64,000 nt of DNA from Spongospora subterranea f. sp. subterranea. Its lineage: Eukaryota. The stretch spans positions 124,001 to 188,000 of the forward strand of contig JAUGWO010000007.1 in assembly GCA_049724395.1 (NCBI GenBank), read 5' to 3'. Below are positions 52,767-64,000 of this stretch, in pieces; position 1 is the stretch's first letter, and every line of letters begins with the position of its first letter. The notes beneath the pieces are model-generated. The model saw only the letters and a list, made by a program, of their open reading frames with translations. It had not been told where the DNA came from and searched no databases. The position numbers were made by a program, and so were the translations under genes.

Positions 52767-53237
52767 CTATTCCCAAGATGGGATAGCATTCAGAAGCATG
52801 CACTCTGCCACACCACAAAACTCGACGTCTTTTCTGCGTTTGTACGAACTGTCAATATTTTCGAAGAGCTCAAGCACTTGTGCGAAAATTTCCAGAAATT
52901 GATCTTTGCTCGCAAGGTATTTGGCAGGAAGGAACCCAATCCTACAGGATTCTCGACCATCTTTGATATGAACACACGCGATTGCCTCTTCTAAGCCCGA
53001 ATTTCCTAAAGGCAACTCATCATCAGGTTCGCCTTTGATATTTACACAGAACACTTGAGACCCATCGATTATGGTGTATTTGAATCGGACTAGATCACCG
53101 ACAACGATTCGCTCTCCACAACAATCGTGCAACGCACACGAACGCCCATTACTGCTTTGACGAAGACCGATAATTTCCACACGGCTATGCATCGTCTCTC
53201 TTTGCATAATTAATTCATGGGAATACCGAAATGTCAC
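52767..53237 (-). CDS. Transposon cargo ORF, Cys/His-containing, HIRAN-like fold suspected
   Basis: Intact ORF inside the TIRs: 'VEIIGL..SNGRSCALHDCCG..VGDLVRF...EEAIACVHIKDGRESCRIGFLP'. The first ATG is near 53207. Confidence 0.6.
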   Translation of the reverse strand: MTFRYSHELIMQRETMHSRVEIIGLRQSSNGRSCALHDCCGERIVVGDLVRFKYTIIDGSQVFCVNIKGEPDDELPLGNSGLEEAIACVHIKDGRESCRIGFLPAKYLASKDQFLEIFAQVLELFENIDSSYKRRKDVEFCGVAECMLLNAIPSWE

Positions 53238-53311
53238 GGACGAGGCTATTTAACTGAAGGGGCTATTTAACCGAAACTACGGTACGAATCCGGAGAGCCA
53301 CCGTAGAAAGC

Positions 53312-53539
53312 ACACACTCAAAACGGAGCTCTTTGTTGTCACGTTTTTGTCAAAAGTACACACTCAAAACGGAGCTCTTTGTTGTCACGTTTTTGTCAAA
53401 AGTACACACTCAAAACGGAGCTCTTTGTTGTCACGTTTTTGTCAAAAGTACACACTCAAAACGGAGCTCTTTGTTGTCACGTTTTTGTCAAAAGTACACA
53501 CTCAAAACGGAGCTCTTTGTTGTCACGTTTTTGTCAAAG
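53312..53539 (+). repeat. Tandem array, 5 x 46 bp
   Basis: acacactcaaaacggagctctttgttgtcacgtttttgtcaaaagt starts at 53312, 53358, 53404, 53450 and 53496 (last copy slightly truncated). There are no spacers. Confidence 0.95.
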
Positions 53540-53916
53540 GCGGCGTGCTCTTCTACGATGGAATTTCCGCAGAGATCGTCGTCATCGCGCTTAATCTTAA
53601 CTACAAAGAAAGCTTAATCTGATCCTCCTTTCCTTCATCATTGTCCTGTGCATGCATTTCTTTTGAATAATCCTGGGTCTTCAGCTCATGCTTAAAATAT
53701 TGTCACGGCCGGTAACTCAATCGATAAGACTAACAACCGAAAGCACATAATACAAGCAAAACCGACGCATGCTATTGATAAATACTGTCACGAAGTTGGA
53801 TGGTTGTAAATTGCGGCCCAAAACGTTTTCTTGTGTTCCCAGAACCATTTTTAGCAGATTCTCAGTGAACAAACCAAAATGAAACATCCAGATAACTGTT
53901 TATTTTCGTCTATATC

Positions 53917-54637
53917 CTAGCTTTCTTCTTCTTTCGGTCGGATTTTGTGGTATCGCCGACAACTATTGGCTCTTTCTTGGGAATTGATGATGGCGCTTTG
54001 CCAATAATTCCATTAATAGTTAAGTGACCCCCAGTATTGATCAACCTGAATGGATTCAGCATTGACAATATGTAAGAAAGATTGCTGCCTTACGATTCAA
54101 TCTGCACCTCGACTTTGTCGTTGACTGAAATTGTTCGACCTTGTTCGGTCTGCCAGATATTTCCGACATATGAATATCCAGGAATATTGTGTGCCAAAAC
54201 AGAAACATGGAATACATCCATGAAGATAAGACCGATAAATTCGGAAGTAATGGTAGCAACATCACAAGCTATAAAAAAAACATGGTTTAGACTTTGGCAA
54301 TTAGGAAAATCAGCAACAAATGGTTTACTTATCCATTCACGGTTTACAATTCGGCATATAAGTAGTTTAGCTCGTATCCTAACATTGATAATCGGAGAAT
54401 CATCTACAATTTGGCCCAACTGGTCGACCAATTTGAGATCGGAGTATGCTAGAATAATCCCCGAGAGAGATGGAGAATATCTGAAGAAACACATCAGCTA
54501 CGCCACTTAGAACTTGTCAGCACAAACGTTAATAAAAGATCGTTCAAAGATATTTGCATAGCCAGTTTAGGCTGCACTAAAAGATGTGGCGCCACAGCGA
54601 CTGAAGTTTGTATTTTGGCTTCCTGCAATTGCAACAT
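53917..54637 (-). CDS. RPA43: RNA polymerase I subunit A43-like, multi-exon
   Basis: 'LNDLLLT|YSPSLSGIILAYS..GQIVDDSP', 'FIGLIFMDVFHVSV' and a Lys-rich C-terminus. Confidence 0.75.
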
Positions 54638-55049
54638 TTTCGATTTTTGTTGATTGCCAGGGACAGCAAGTGTTTCTGTCAAGAGGGCAAATACCGTCAC
54701 GGTCTCGCGGAGTTACTGGCGCCATCTCGATTAATCGTTCACAGATCTTCTACAAAAGCTCATCACAAAACACTTGCAGCGGCATTCAACTTTTTCAGGG
54801 TTTAGAAATCGAAGATGCTGGTTGTAGATGACCACGAAAAAAGGCGTAGAACGAATATGACCCTGCTGTTTGCCGATTAACCAACTAATTTATAGCAGAA
54901 GCGGCATATCGGTTGTACTGGCAAAACAGTGGACTTATTCCCATAGCAATCATGTTTGACATCTAAGCGGTGCTTCGGTTCGACATGCGATACCGAGCTC
55001 AAAGGTCACTATAGGTTTTTCCGAATGTTCGAAGTTTCGTCGCTTATCA

Positions 55050-55450
55050 TAAACCGACATGTACTTACGCTTTAAGGGCGGATAGATTCTCTAATACGCA
55101 CGATTAATCCAGTGAAAGTAAAAATTGCAAAAATGATATGATCATTATTAATCCTATGTTTACATTTCTGTCGTGAACCTCGACGCTGCAAATTCCCATT
55201 GGACATCGAATTTTTTTCGGTACGCGCCATGTGCTGTTTGCAACTCTCGAAAATTAAGAGTCGCTTACATGGTGTTCGATGTCAGGGTGCGCCTGACAAC
55301 TATCAGCTCTTGTCTGTGATGGCTTTTTAACCTCATTGGAATACCAGTGCCGGAGGCAGTATATGTCGGCACCCAATCACTTTACAGTTTGATTGGATAT
55401 CCAACCGAGAGTTAATGGCGTGAAAGAGTGGCCACGACGCTCTCTGGTGG
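55050..55450 (-). mobile_element. Possible pogo DDE relic
   Basis: A minus frame reads 'ILPPALVFQ*..LSGAP', resembling the LPPxxIF..GAP segment. Confidence 0.3.
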
Positions 55451-55657
55451 ACGTCAACCATCCGCCTTTCCAATTCCGAACACAGAGGAAAATGGGGCTG
55501 CTTTCCTATTCCGGACACAGAGATGATGGGGCTCCACTACAGACCATGGACATGTCAATCCCGTGACTGCGGGTTTGCTGGTGCTGTTACACCATTACCA
55601 GAGACCCCCCTGAACAACCTCGTCTGTAGTTCACTCATTCATTAATCTAGCGCGATC

Positions 55658-56874
55658 ATGACGGATCCTCTCACCGCTTTGCGGGACGCGTTTCTGGCGG
55701 GCGCCGCTATTGAGCGAGACGGGGATCACTATAAGATAGGAGAGAAACAATTCCCAGCTGATGTGCAAACAGCTGTCAGTATGGATATGTCCAATACGGT
55801 TTACTTTTGATTTTTACCAACTGAGGTTGCATCCAGTACCATTCCAATCGGGGAAAAGGCGATTTGTATACGCTCGATGCGTTGGTTTTGCTATTGCAGT
55901 CCCAAGTTGAACAGAAAGTGAAGTTTTCAGATTATTTCAAGCTTTGCCGAGATCAAAGCGTGCGGAAAGCTGTGGCGATCAATGATTTGAAAGATGTTCT
56001 CGCCTTCCTAACTGGGGCGATATCAGAGTCATCTAACATTGATACTGCAGTCATTTTACAACAAAGAGGGCATGCGACGGATGCCATTGAGGATCACCAG
56101 GTTTTGGAATCTTCTCAAGATGGAGCTGATGCTGGTTTAGATTTTCGTGCTGAAGAAATTCCTTTGTCAACTAGAGACTGCATTTTGCAAAATCCGAAAA
56201 AAGAGTTTACTTTGGCTCTTTCTTTGTTCGAAGATGTTAGAAAAGATGACGCACATCGTGACTCCCATCCTACCAAACGAAGTCGCCGTTCTGTATCTGG
56301 TAAGATGCGGTGTTTGTCGTTGCGACTCTTTTTGATTATTCTATGACCAGACGATAAGAATATACCTGAGAAGAAAGGACTCCCCATTATTATTGTTCCT
56401 GCAAACCTAGGTTCTGTTGTCTCCACGTACAATGCTAAGGAATTTTTTGAGGAAGGAATTTGGCTGTCGTCTAACGAAAAACGTGCCGCCCTGAAAACAA
56501 TGCCAGACACGGTGACAATTTCTCGGAAATCTGGAATATCTGGAAGTCAAGTACGTTACGAAATCTGCCATGATGCAGCATCGCTGACACATGAAATGTG
56601 GAGACGCGTAGTGTGTGTGATTGTTCAAGGACAAGCTTGGCAGTTCAAGGACTGGAAGATTGGGAAAACACCACAAGAAATTTTTCAAAAAGTTTATTGC
56701 TGTTATTTGCACTTTGACGATGAAAAGCCTCATCCTAACATATCGCAGTGGGGTATCAAACCTTTTTCTGTAAGCAAAACAAGGAGGCACTTAACTATGA
56801 GTGTTTACCATACATTATGGCAGAATATCGAAAACCATATTGCTTCACATAAATCTGGGATTGTAATTTCTTAA
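55658..56874 (+). CDS. CDC73: Paf1 complex subunit Cdc73/parafibromin, 3 exons
   Basis: 'MTDPLTALR', 'YTLDAL', 'PIIIVP..YNAKEFFEEG' and 'WRRVVCVIVQGQAWQFKDW'. Confidence 0.93.
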
Positions 56875-57148
56875 CTCTATTTCATCAGTGTACTTTGAGT
56901 TACCTTTCCATTTTTCGATTCAGCCCAATCTGGTTTTCATGCAGCTCTCGCTTTGGATTACCAATAGCTTATTTCAGATGGCAATGATCATTCTTTTACA
57001 TGAGAGAATCCTTTCATAATCATAGAGTAAATTGCAATTATTGAGAGCTAAGGAGAAGAACAGGAGAGGTTCTGTATCACAGGTATGGAAGGTGTACTTG
57101 ATCCATGATGAACAAGCAGGTTATATGTCGGGTACCTGACAGCGTCAA

Positions 57149-60100
57149 ATGACTGAGTCTAGCACATCTGTCATCGTGAACATCGTTGACTGGAATACCT
57201 CAGATGTGATCGCTTGGCTATCGCAGGTCGGCGCTGATCGATATGTCAACATGTTCAAGCAGAACAGAGTGGATGGAGGAATATTGCTGGGTCTAACGGA
57301 AAGGAATTTATACCAGATGGGCGTCGATGATCCAATACAAAGACGCATACTTCATCAACACATTCAATCGTTATGCAATCCGCCTATCGACGGATCCGCC
57401 TCTAGTGCTGTTCCTAACGTATCCGGAGTGAGATCGCTGAAAAGACAAGGATCATCAACTCGACGACTCAAGATGAGATCGACATCGTCCAGCCGTAAAC
57501 TCATAGGTAATCAATAGAAGAATTTCACAAAGAATGCATTGATGGGAGTCGGAAGTGCACAGGGCAAACGAGAGCTGGGGATAATGAGGTCAGGTCGGTG
57601 AGCGATGCATTGGTCGCCGATGAAAGGAAGACGACACAGAAGATGATCGCCGATCTGTCGACCGCTATAGACATACTGAAGTCGCTGCGAACTAAGGACC
57701 GGGACAGCGATGCCGATAACAGCGATAGCGACAGCGATGATGACGATAATCATTTGTCAGGGGGTCAGATACGAGGCCATCGTCGTCCCTATAACCATAT
57801 GCCGGCTGGGCTAGATTGCCAGGATCCCAATAGCGCCAGCGATATCGATGTGGAAGAGCCGTCATCCTCATCCAACATCACCATGTTCTCTAGTCAATTA
57901 TCGGAACAGGTCGGGTGACTCTCTCCCTCTCTCGTTGATCGCTGAGAAGCTGCGGATTGGCAGCAGGGCTCGAAGAACGCGATGAAGAAGAAGAAACGGG
58001 ACCATTGGTATGAGGTTATGGGGTCGAAAGAGAAGTTGACCCCAGCTGAGGTGGTGGAACAGGTATTATCGCCACATCAATGTTATCACCGCCTTCAACG
58101 GATATCAATCATTGACTACAGTATAAAACGGATCTGATGTTCAAGAAGATGAGGAGGAACTCCCGGATCATGGAGCTATTGCCGGAACGGGAAGAGATGC
58201 ACAACGAGCTGAGCGGGAACGACGATGACGACGGCGGCGCCAGCGACGAGCCAGTGGTCAAGAGCCCATGGGTGATATTGCCCGACAACAGCTACCGGCT
58301 GCAATGGGATCTGCTCATAATGCTCCTGGTCATATATTATGGGATCATGACCCCAGTCAACATGGTACGATGGCGCCACACCCTCCCCGCCGTCATCGTC
58401 GTCGTGCTAAACATTTCGGTTCATGGCGCCAACAGGCGTTCGGGGACCAGATCGACAGCTTCGAATTAGATTTGTTTTTCAACACGCTCTTCATCGTTGA
58501 CATCGGCCTGAATTTCCTGACTGCGTTCACGATCGAGGATGGACCTAGGAAAGGGCAGTTTGAGGTGAATCTCGCTAAGATTCGGATTGTAATGGCCAGC
58601 GCTGTTCATTATCGATTTCCAACGATTCACATGAGGTCTTAGGCGTATCTCAAAAGATGGTTTTGGATTGACTTCGTGGCGTCGGTTCCGATGGATGTCA
58701 TCACTTCTGTTTTCAATATTGGGATAAACGCCTCGTTCAACAAGCTCATTCGGCTGATCCGAGGGTTCAAGCTGGTTCGAGTTTTGAAGATGTCGCGGGT
58801 GTTCAAACGACTTTCCCGCGTCGGGTTGCTGAGTTGGGTTTCTCGATCAAACGGGGGTTGACGTCCGACGCTAGGGCAATCGCGGAAATCCAGGGCTGAA
58901 GCGGTTCGCGACGTACCTGGTGGTCATGGCGGTGATGTGGCATTGGATGGGGTGTGCGTATTGGGTTGTGTCCGATCTCGTTGGGTTTGACACCTCGAGA
59001 TGGACCCCGAACCCGTCCATGGCTGATGCTGATTTCGCCTTAAGATATAGTCAGGTGATGAGTTTGGTCCCGTTTTTTTTTTTCGGAAACCCTCAATACT
59101 CATTAGAACCTGTTTTTTGCATAAGGCCATTTACTGGGCTGTTGTGGCCACGACATCCGTTGGGAAAAACATCGAACCAGATGACGATATATCGACATAT
59201 TTCTCTTTATTGTCGATCATCATCGGGGTGTTGATGTACGCCTTCATCATCGGTTCATCGTCTGTCGCTCTGGACAATATGGATTTGGGCAACGCCGATA
59301 AGCGAGCACGTCTCGAAGTACTGCACATCAAACAGGTCCCCTTATTCAGTCGAGAACCTAACCGATATCGTGTGCTGTATTGTAGAAGGTGCACCAGTTC
59401 CTGAGCATTCAGAACGACATGGATGTGCGACTGAAGAAGCGTATTCTTGGGTATTATGATTATGCACTATCCCACAAAACACCCTCGGAGAGCTTAGTCG
59501 TAATCTCACTCGTTGAACACATCCGAGAATTCTCTGGGTGATTTAGATCTCGCGTTCAGGGCTTGCACACGACGTTGGAAGTCGAGCTGGATTGGGATAT
59601 CAACCAGCGGTTGATCACTAAAGCGCCCATGTTCACTGGACTTAGCCAGAACTGCCTTTTGGCGATCATCCGCGTCCTAAAGCTAAGGGTATGGGTGGGC
59701 ATTGGAGGAAACAATATTGGTCGATTGATCACCCTTTGTAACAATCTGAGCAGATATATCTGCCTAGAGAATATGTCTGCCTTCGAGGCGAAAAGGGCAA
59801 CGAGATGTTCTTCATATTACGTGGGCGCGTCGAAATTCTGGACGAGTCCAGGAAAGGGAGAATGTTGAGAGGTTTGGACGCGACTTGGCCCATCGACAGT
59901 TCCACAGACTTGGGTGTTGTCAGAGGGAGGGTATTTCGAAGAGCAATGCTTATTGGAGAATACCAGATGCGCCAACTCCGTTCGGACGCTGTCGTACTGT
60001 GAGATACTGGCCCTGCACAAGCTACAGCTCAAACGAATTCTGAGGAATTTCCCGGAATTCGCGGTGTCGATTCAAAAGTATAGGTTGATTACCGTAAGGA

Positions 60101-60306
60101 TGATGATGATGATCTGCGATCTCAGGAAGATAATGATCCTCTCTCTCTCTGTGTGTGTGTGTATTGTGCAGGAGGATGTTCGCGGCTGGGATAAAGTACG
60201 ATATGTCGTGAACAACGTTCGCCTATTGCACCTGATCGGGAACGATACCACGTTCGAGGAAATGTTCCGGAAGTTCAACAGCGTCGACATTGTTGCTGAT
60301 CAATGA
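57149..60306 (+). CDS. SAM domain + 6TM voltage-gated-like ion channel with CNBD, multi-exon
   Basis: SAM 'WNTSDVIAWL..YVNMFKQNRVDG..LYQMGV'; S1 'WDLLIMLLVIY'; 'WFWIDFVASVPMD'; S4 'KLIRLIRGFKLVRVLK'; pore 'YWAVVATTSVG'; CNBD 'GNEMFFILRGRVEI'. Confidence 0.88.
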
Positions 60307-60379
60307 ATCGGACCCACTTCACCATTAATTCTCTAAAAACATAGACCAACTGTCGATCTGCTTACCCGATTTTGGTATC

Positions 60380-61960
60380 ACAAATCAACATAAGAAAACT
60401 TGGGCATTTTTGTGAATTTTGGCCACGGGACAACGATAGACAAAGGATCGTGATGCACATAGTCGACGATATATTCACCTGCCATCACCTTCATGTGCAA
60501 AATGGTTTGTTTACCGTTTGTGAATAACGGCATTGTTCTTTGAATCTGCAAAACGCGCCACGATGTTATGGCTTGTATGGTTGCGCCGGGCCATTCGTTT
60601 TCCAGCAAGAATAAAGTCGCCCACGAACGACCATTTGCAATTGTGGGCTATACCGGAAACGCGCAGGCGCGGTCCATCCTTTTTGGTCCTGGCACTCCTT
60701 ACAGAAACCGTTTTGGACGACGTTTAGCCCAGGCGGGTACACTCTGAGAATGGTTTTGGCCGACGTCGCTACATTTTTTGATGAGAAGGTCGCTGGACGG
60801 TACGCCGAAGATAACGGCCGGTCATGTGCCTTTCACCAAGTCTGGACCGACAACAGTAATGTCGTGCCCCCCCAGGGGCAATGATGCAGTTTCCTCTGGC
60901 TCTATGAAGATGGGGGCCCTTGAACCAGTTGTGAAAAGCAACTTCCCTAGCTGCACTAATGGGTTTGTCGCCATATGATACGTTGACAGTGAGAAACATG
61001 TGTTTGGAGACAGTTGACATTATTTAAGGAACCCACGCTGCATCACAGTTGAGACATTCAGACATGAACTCCCTCGTGAACATGAATCAGGGCGATCATT
61101 GGGCCAACGGCAGTCTCGCCAGTTTATGAATAAATGATCCATGGATGGCGGGATGAGTCGTGAAACGATTGTGAGGAAATGGTGCTGAGAATTGTCTCTG
61201 GTGTGATGGATGACTATGCGGTCTTGGCCCAATCCGCGACGAATTGTCGGGTCGGCTTGGCCTTGCCCAGCTCCTCGTGCGTTCTTAACCATTCGTAATA
61301 TATGTTTTTGAAAGCTGCAGAGACCGGTTCCTTGTCGCCACCATCCGCAGTTTGTCGTCATTCAGCTAGGCATGATATCGATTCGGGTCGTGGCGATTTC
61401 CTTCCTCTAATTCATCACAATCAGATCGTTCAACCGCCTGGTGAGTTATGGGGCTGTACCTGAAATTTGGATCACTTCAAATTTTACAAAATGGGGTCAC
61501 TTCGCAACGCCGCAAGCAAGATTGGTTGCCAAATCGATGTCGTCCTACTGGACAAACGGCAAAAGTGCAAATCAGGAATATTGGCGCCAAGAAACCGCTC
61601 GCTGCAGCTGCCAAAACCATCTATCACGAATGGTTAAGAACGCGCGAGGGTCTGGACAAGGTCAAGCCGACCCGACAACTCGTCGCGGATTGGGTCAAGA
61701 CCGCATGGTCATCGATCACACCAGAGACAATTCTAAACACCATTTCTCACAGTCGATTCACGACCCATTACAACATCCATAAACTACTCAGAAACTGGAT
61801 TTGTTATTGACCCACGATCAATCGTTGGCATGATGATCTCGATCTCTCGACTCTCTCGCAGCGTGGATTTCTTGGATGACGCCAAATTGCTCTAACAACG
61901 GTGTTTTTCACTGTCAACGAATCCTTGTCAACGAATCCGCTAGAAACCCATTCTAGAGCC
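60380..61960. mobile_element. Cluster of pogo relics including two DDE C-half copies in divergent orientation
   Basis: ~60950-61341 (-) and ~61580-61960 (+) are homologous and encode 'KTIYHEWL..KPTRQLVADWVKTAWSSITPETILN'. A further minus fragment 'SKTVSVRS' lies at ~60700. Confidence 0.7.
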
Positions 61961-62228
61961 ATCGCCGTTGTTTGCATTATTTTCAGCTTATATATTATGA
62001 CTCGATAGTCTCCGTACTTTGTCAGGTTTCAATGGTTTTCGTGTTTTCATACTGATTGAGGGCGCAATTCCAGCTTTTGGTATGGATGACTTCGCGAACT
62101 TGTCGAAATGAAGCGGTCAAAAGCCAGGTTCGTTTGTAGTATACTCTCATGATCCAAAGAATAAAAAAAGCTAAATAGTGTACGGTAGTGTTTTTCTACA
62201 GCACGCCTCTATTAAGTTCATCGTAACA

Positions 62229-64000
62229 ATGTCTCATTTGAATAGGACAGTCAATAATGATTTGGAATTATGGAAACTCTGTTAGTATCTCGTTCCAACG
62301 ATGTTTCTCTGTAAGCAACATGGCAATTTTTTATTGGCCATGCCAAGCAAAGCGGGATGGGTTTACACAAATTCTTGGATCAATTGACGTACCAGATTCA
62401 TCATATGCAATAGGTTCCACATGGTTGATGATGGAGGACTGGTCCAAGCTCAACATTGTTTTCCAGCCCAGTTCAATGCGATTTCGGGGGCGTTGACAGA
62501 TGGAATTATCCGGTATAACGAAACCGATCATTCTATCGATCTGTTCGACATAACGGGGCAGATTTTGTCGATTACATGCTCGAATATCATATGCTATCAA
62601 TTCGACATACGCGACCCAAAAGGGAGATTCACAATATACCGCCGCGCTCATCTACCAATCGATATCAAAATACTTTTTGCCGGTGAGGTGGACACGATTC
62701 GGTCGCTGATGGATTGCCTTCTTTCGAAGCGTCCGTTGACAACATCTTGGAAACAATGGCGATCAGGGCTGTGCGAACTATGTGGAAATATAGTCTCAAT
62801 AATCCTTTTAGGAAACGCACATGTTGTATTCGCCAATCGAAACACCCCCATATTGATGATCAATCTCGCGCATACTAAGATTGGGCTGAACGGAAAGACA
62901 GCCATAAACCTGACAGTTTTGCAAGGCGCAGAGAAAGAGTACGTTCTGGTCATGAAAAACGAAAGAGAGCGCCAGGAATGGGTTGTTGCTTTCAATAGAG
63001 CAATGGCTATTCGCAAACCGAATCCTCAAATGCTACATCAGCTTAGCCAACCGCTGATAGCTTGTGAAGCTGGTAAACCACTGCAAGAACCTACTGGATT
63101 ATCAGCACCTAATTCACCTTCGGCAAAAGTCACTGGTAATACGGCGCTTCAAGTTGTGGTACACGATCTTGATGATGATGAAAACGAGATTGAACCTCTC
63201 CCGTCGGTATCTATTGTTTCTCCGGTCTCTGTGCAACCCCGATCAGGGAGAATGAGTTACGCCACAGCTCCTATGGGAAAGGCTAAACCCGGAACAGTTT
63301 CCGATAATCATCCTATCAAAACGAAAGAACTGTTCGAATGCCAGTCGCCAGAATCCGTCGCTAATGATTATAGGACGGCACCATCATCGCCATCGGTCGC
63401 CCAAGCAGCACCAATATACGATTCTGATAAGCTCATAGACAAGACGATTGATCATGATGAAAATAAACCAGAAGGGCGCGAAGGCAAACCTGTGTATGAA
63501 ACAATGGGCGCTCAGGAACAAATTTTTGAGTCAGGTTGCCATTTATTCGCTCTTGAACATAATGGGAGCATTCGCTGCATCTCATCATCATCTAACATCA
63601 GGCAAATAACGGCAAGCTGTGCAGAAGCGGCGGCCATCACAATGGACGGATCAATAATTGCATGGGCGTTTAGTGAAACCGGCGTTGCATCTAACTCTGT
63701 TGATATCGCATGCCCAGACGGCGCCAGATTCAGCCGAGTCTCGTGCGGGCGGGACCATCATCTGGCCATCAGCAGTCCCCCATCCTCCCAGCTTTATGGT
63801 TGGGGCAGGTGTTCATTATTGGGAATGAGAGGACATATCAAAACCGTCGGCGTGGCCACTGCGATTCCCATCTTCGCTGGAGTCCACGTTACCACGGTTG
63901 GCTCAGCCGCTAAACACACGGTAGCAGTGGACGCAGGTAACGGATTGTGGACCTGGGGCGGTGACGGGCCATGGTTGGGGCGGGACCAGTCATCACATCA
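62229..64000 (+). CDS. PH-like domain + RCC1-repeat protein, truncated by the window end
   Basis: An open frame runs from ~62412 to the end and is absent from the ORF track because it has no stop. It encodes 'EYVLVMKNERERQEWVVAF' (PH-like helix), 'VSCGRDHHLAI..LYGWG' and 'HTVAVD..LWTWG' (RCC1). Confidence 0.75.

Larger units (their letters stand above)
51088..53282 (+). mobile_element. pogo/Tigger-like DNA transposon (~2.2 kb) with TIRs
   Basis: Left TIR tcgtagtttgcggttaaatagccc (51088-51111) and right TIR gggctatttaaccgaaactacgg (53260-53282), which is followed by TA. A subterminal cgaggctattta occurs near both ends. Confidence 0.88.

Noticed and set aside
53312..53539. CRISPR-like array
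   Set aside because: The units are contiguous and identical with no unique spacers, there are no cas genes, and the context is eukaryotic.
53333..53622. Three overlapping repetitive ORFs
   Set aside because: They are artefacts of the 46-bp array.
60098..60162. ATG, CT and GT microsatellites translated in the ORF track
   Set aside because: They are ordinary simple repeats within an intron of the channel gene.
62331..63029. Minus-strand ORFs
   Set aside because: They are shadows of the longer + strand PH/RCC1 frame.

Overview
This is eukaryotic nuclear DNA from a gene-dense genome with many short (about 45-70 nt) GT-AG introns. Kinesin-2, PIBF1/CEP90 and a sucrose-transporter-like gene suggest a flagellated protist, possibly a plant parasite such as a plasmodiophorid; that assignment is inference only. 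About 20 host genes are recognisable: RibD_C-like reductase, UBAC2-like, SAR1, a Gly-rich repeat protein, NSE1, PDK1, NOA1/YqeH, SUT/SLC45, COG7, INTS2, a Rho GTPase, kinesin-2, bL34m, TIP41, DUF1336, PIBF1, POLA1, RPA43, CDC73, a SAM-CNBD ion channel and a PH+RCC1 protein. There are also two identical tRNA-Trp(CCA) genes, a decayed Ty3/gypsy retrotransposon and many pogo-like relics. The most unusual region is 51.0-53.6 kb. It holds a TIR-bounded pogo element with a broken transposase, an intact convergent HIRAN-like cargo ORF and a perfect 66-bp foldback, next to a 5x46-bp array with its own inverted repeats. Other highlights are inverted transposon-relic pairs whose geometry fits a ~30-kb inversion, a 4-bp duplication that takes a Rho CAAX tail out of frame, and a channel with a non-canonical filter. 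Gene boundaries were spliced by eye and are approximate.
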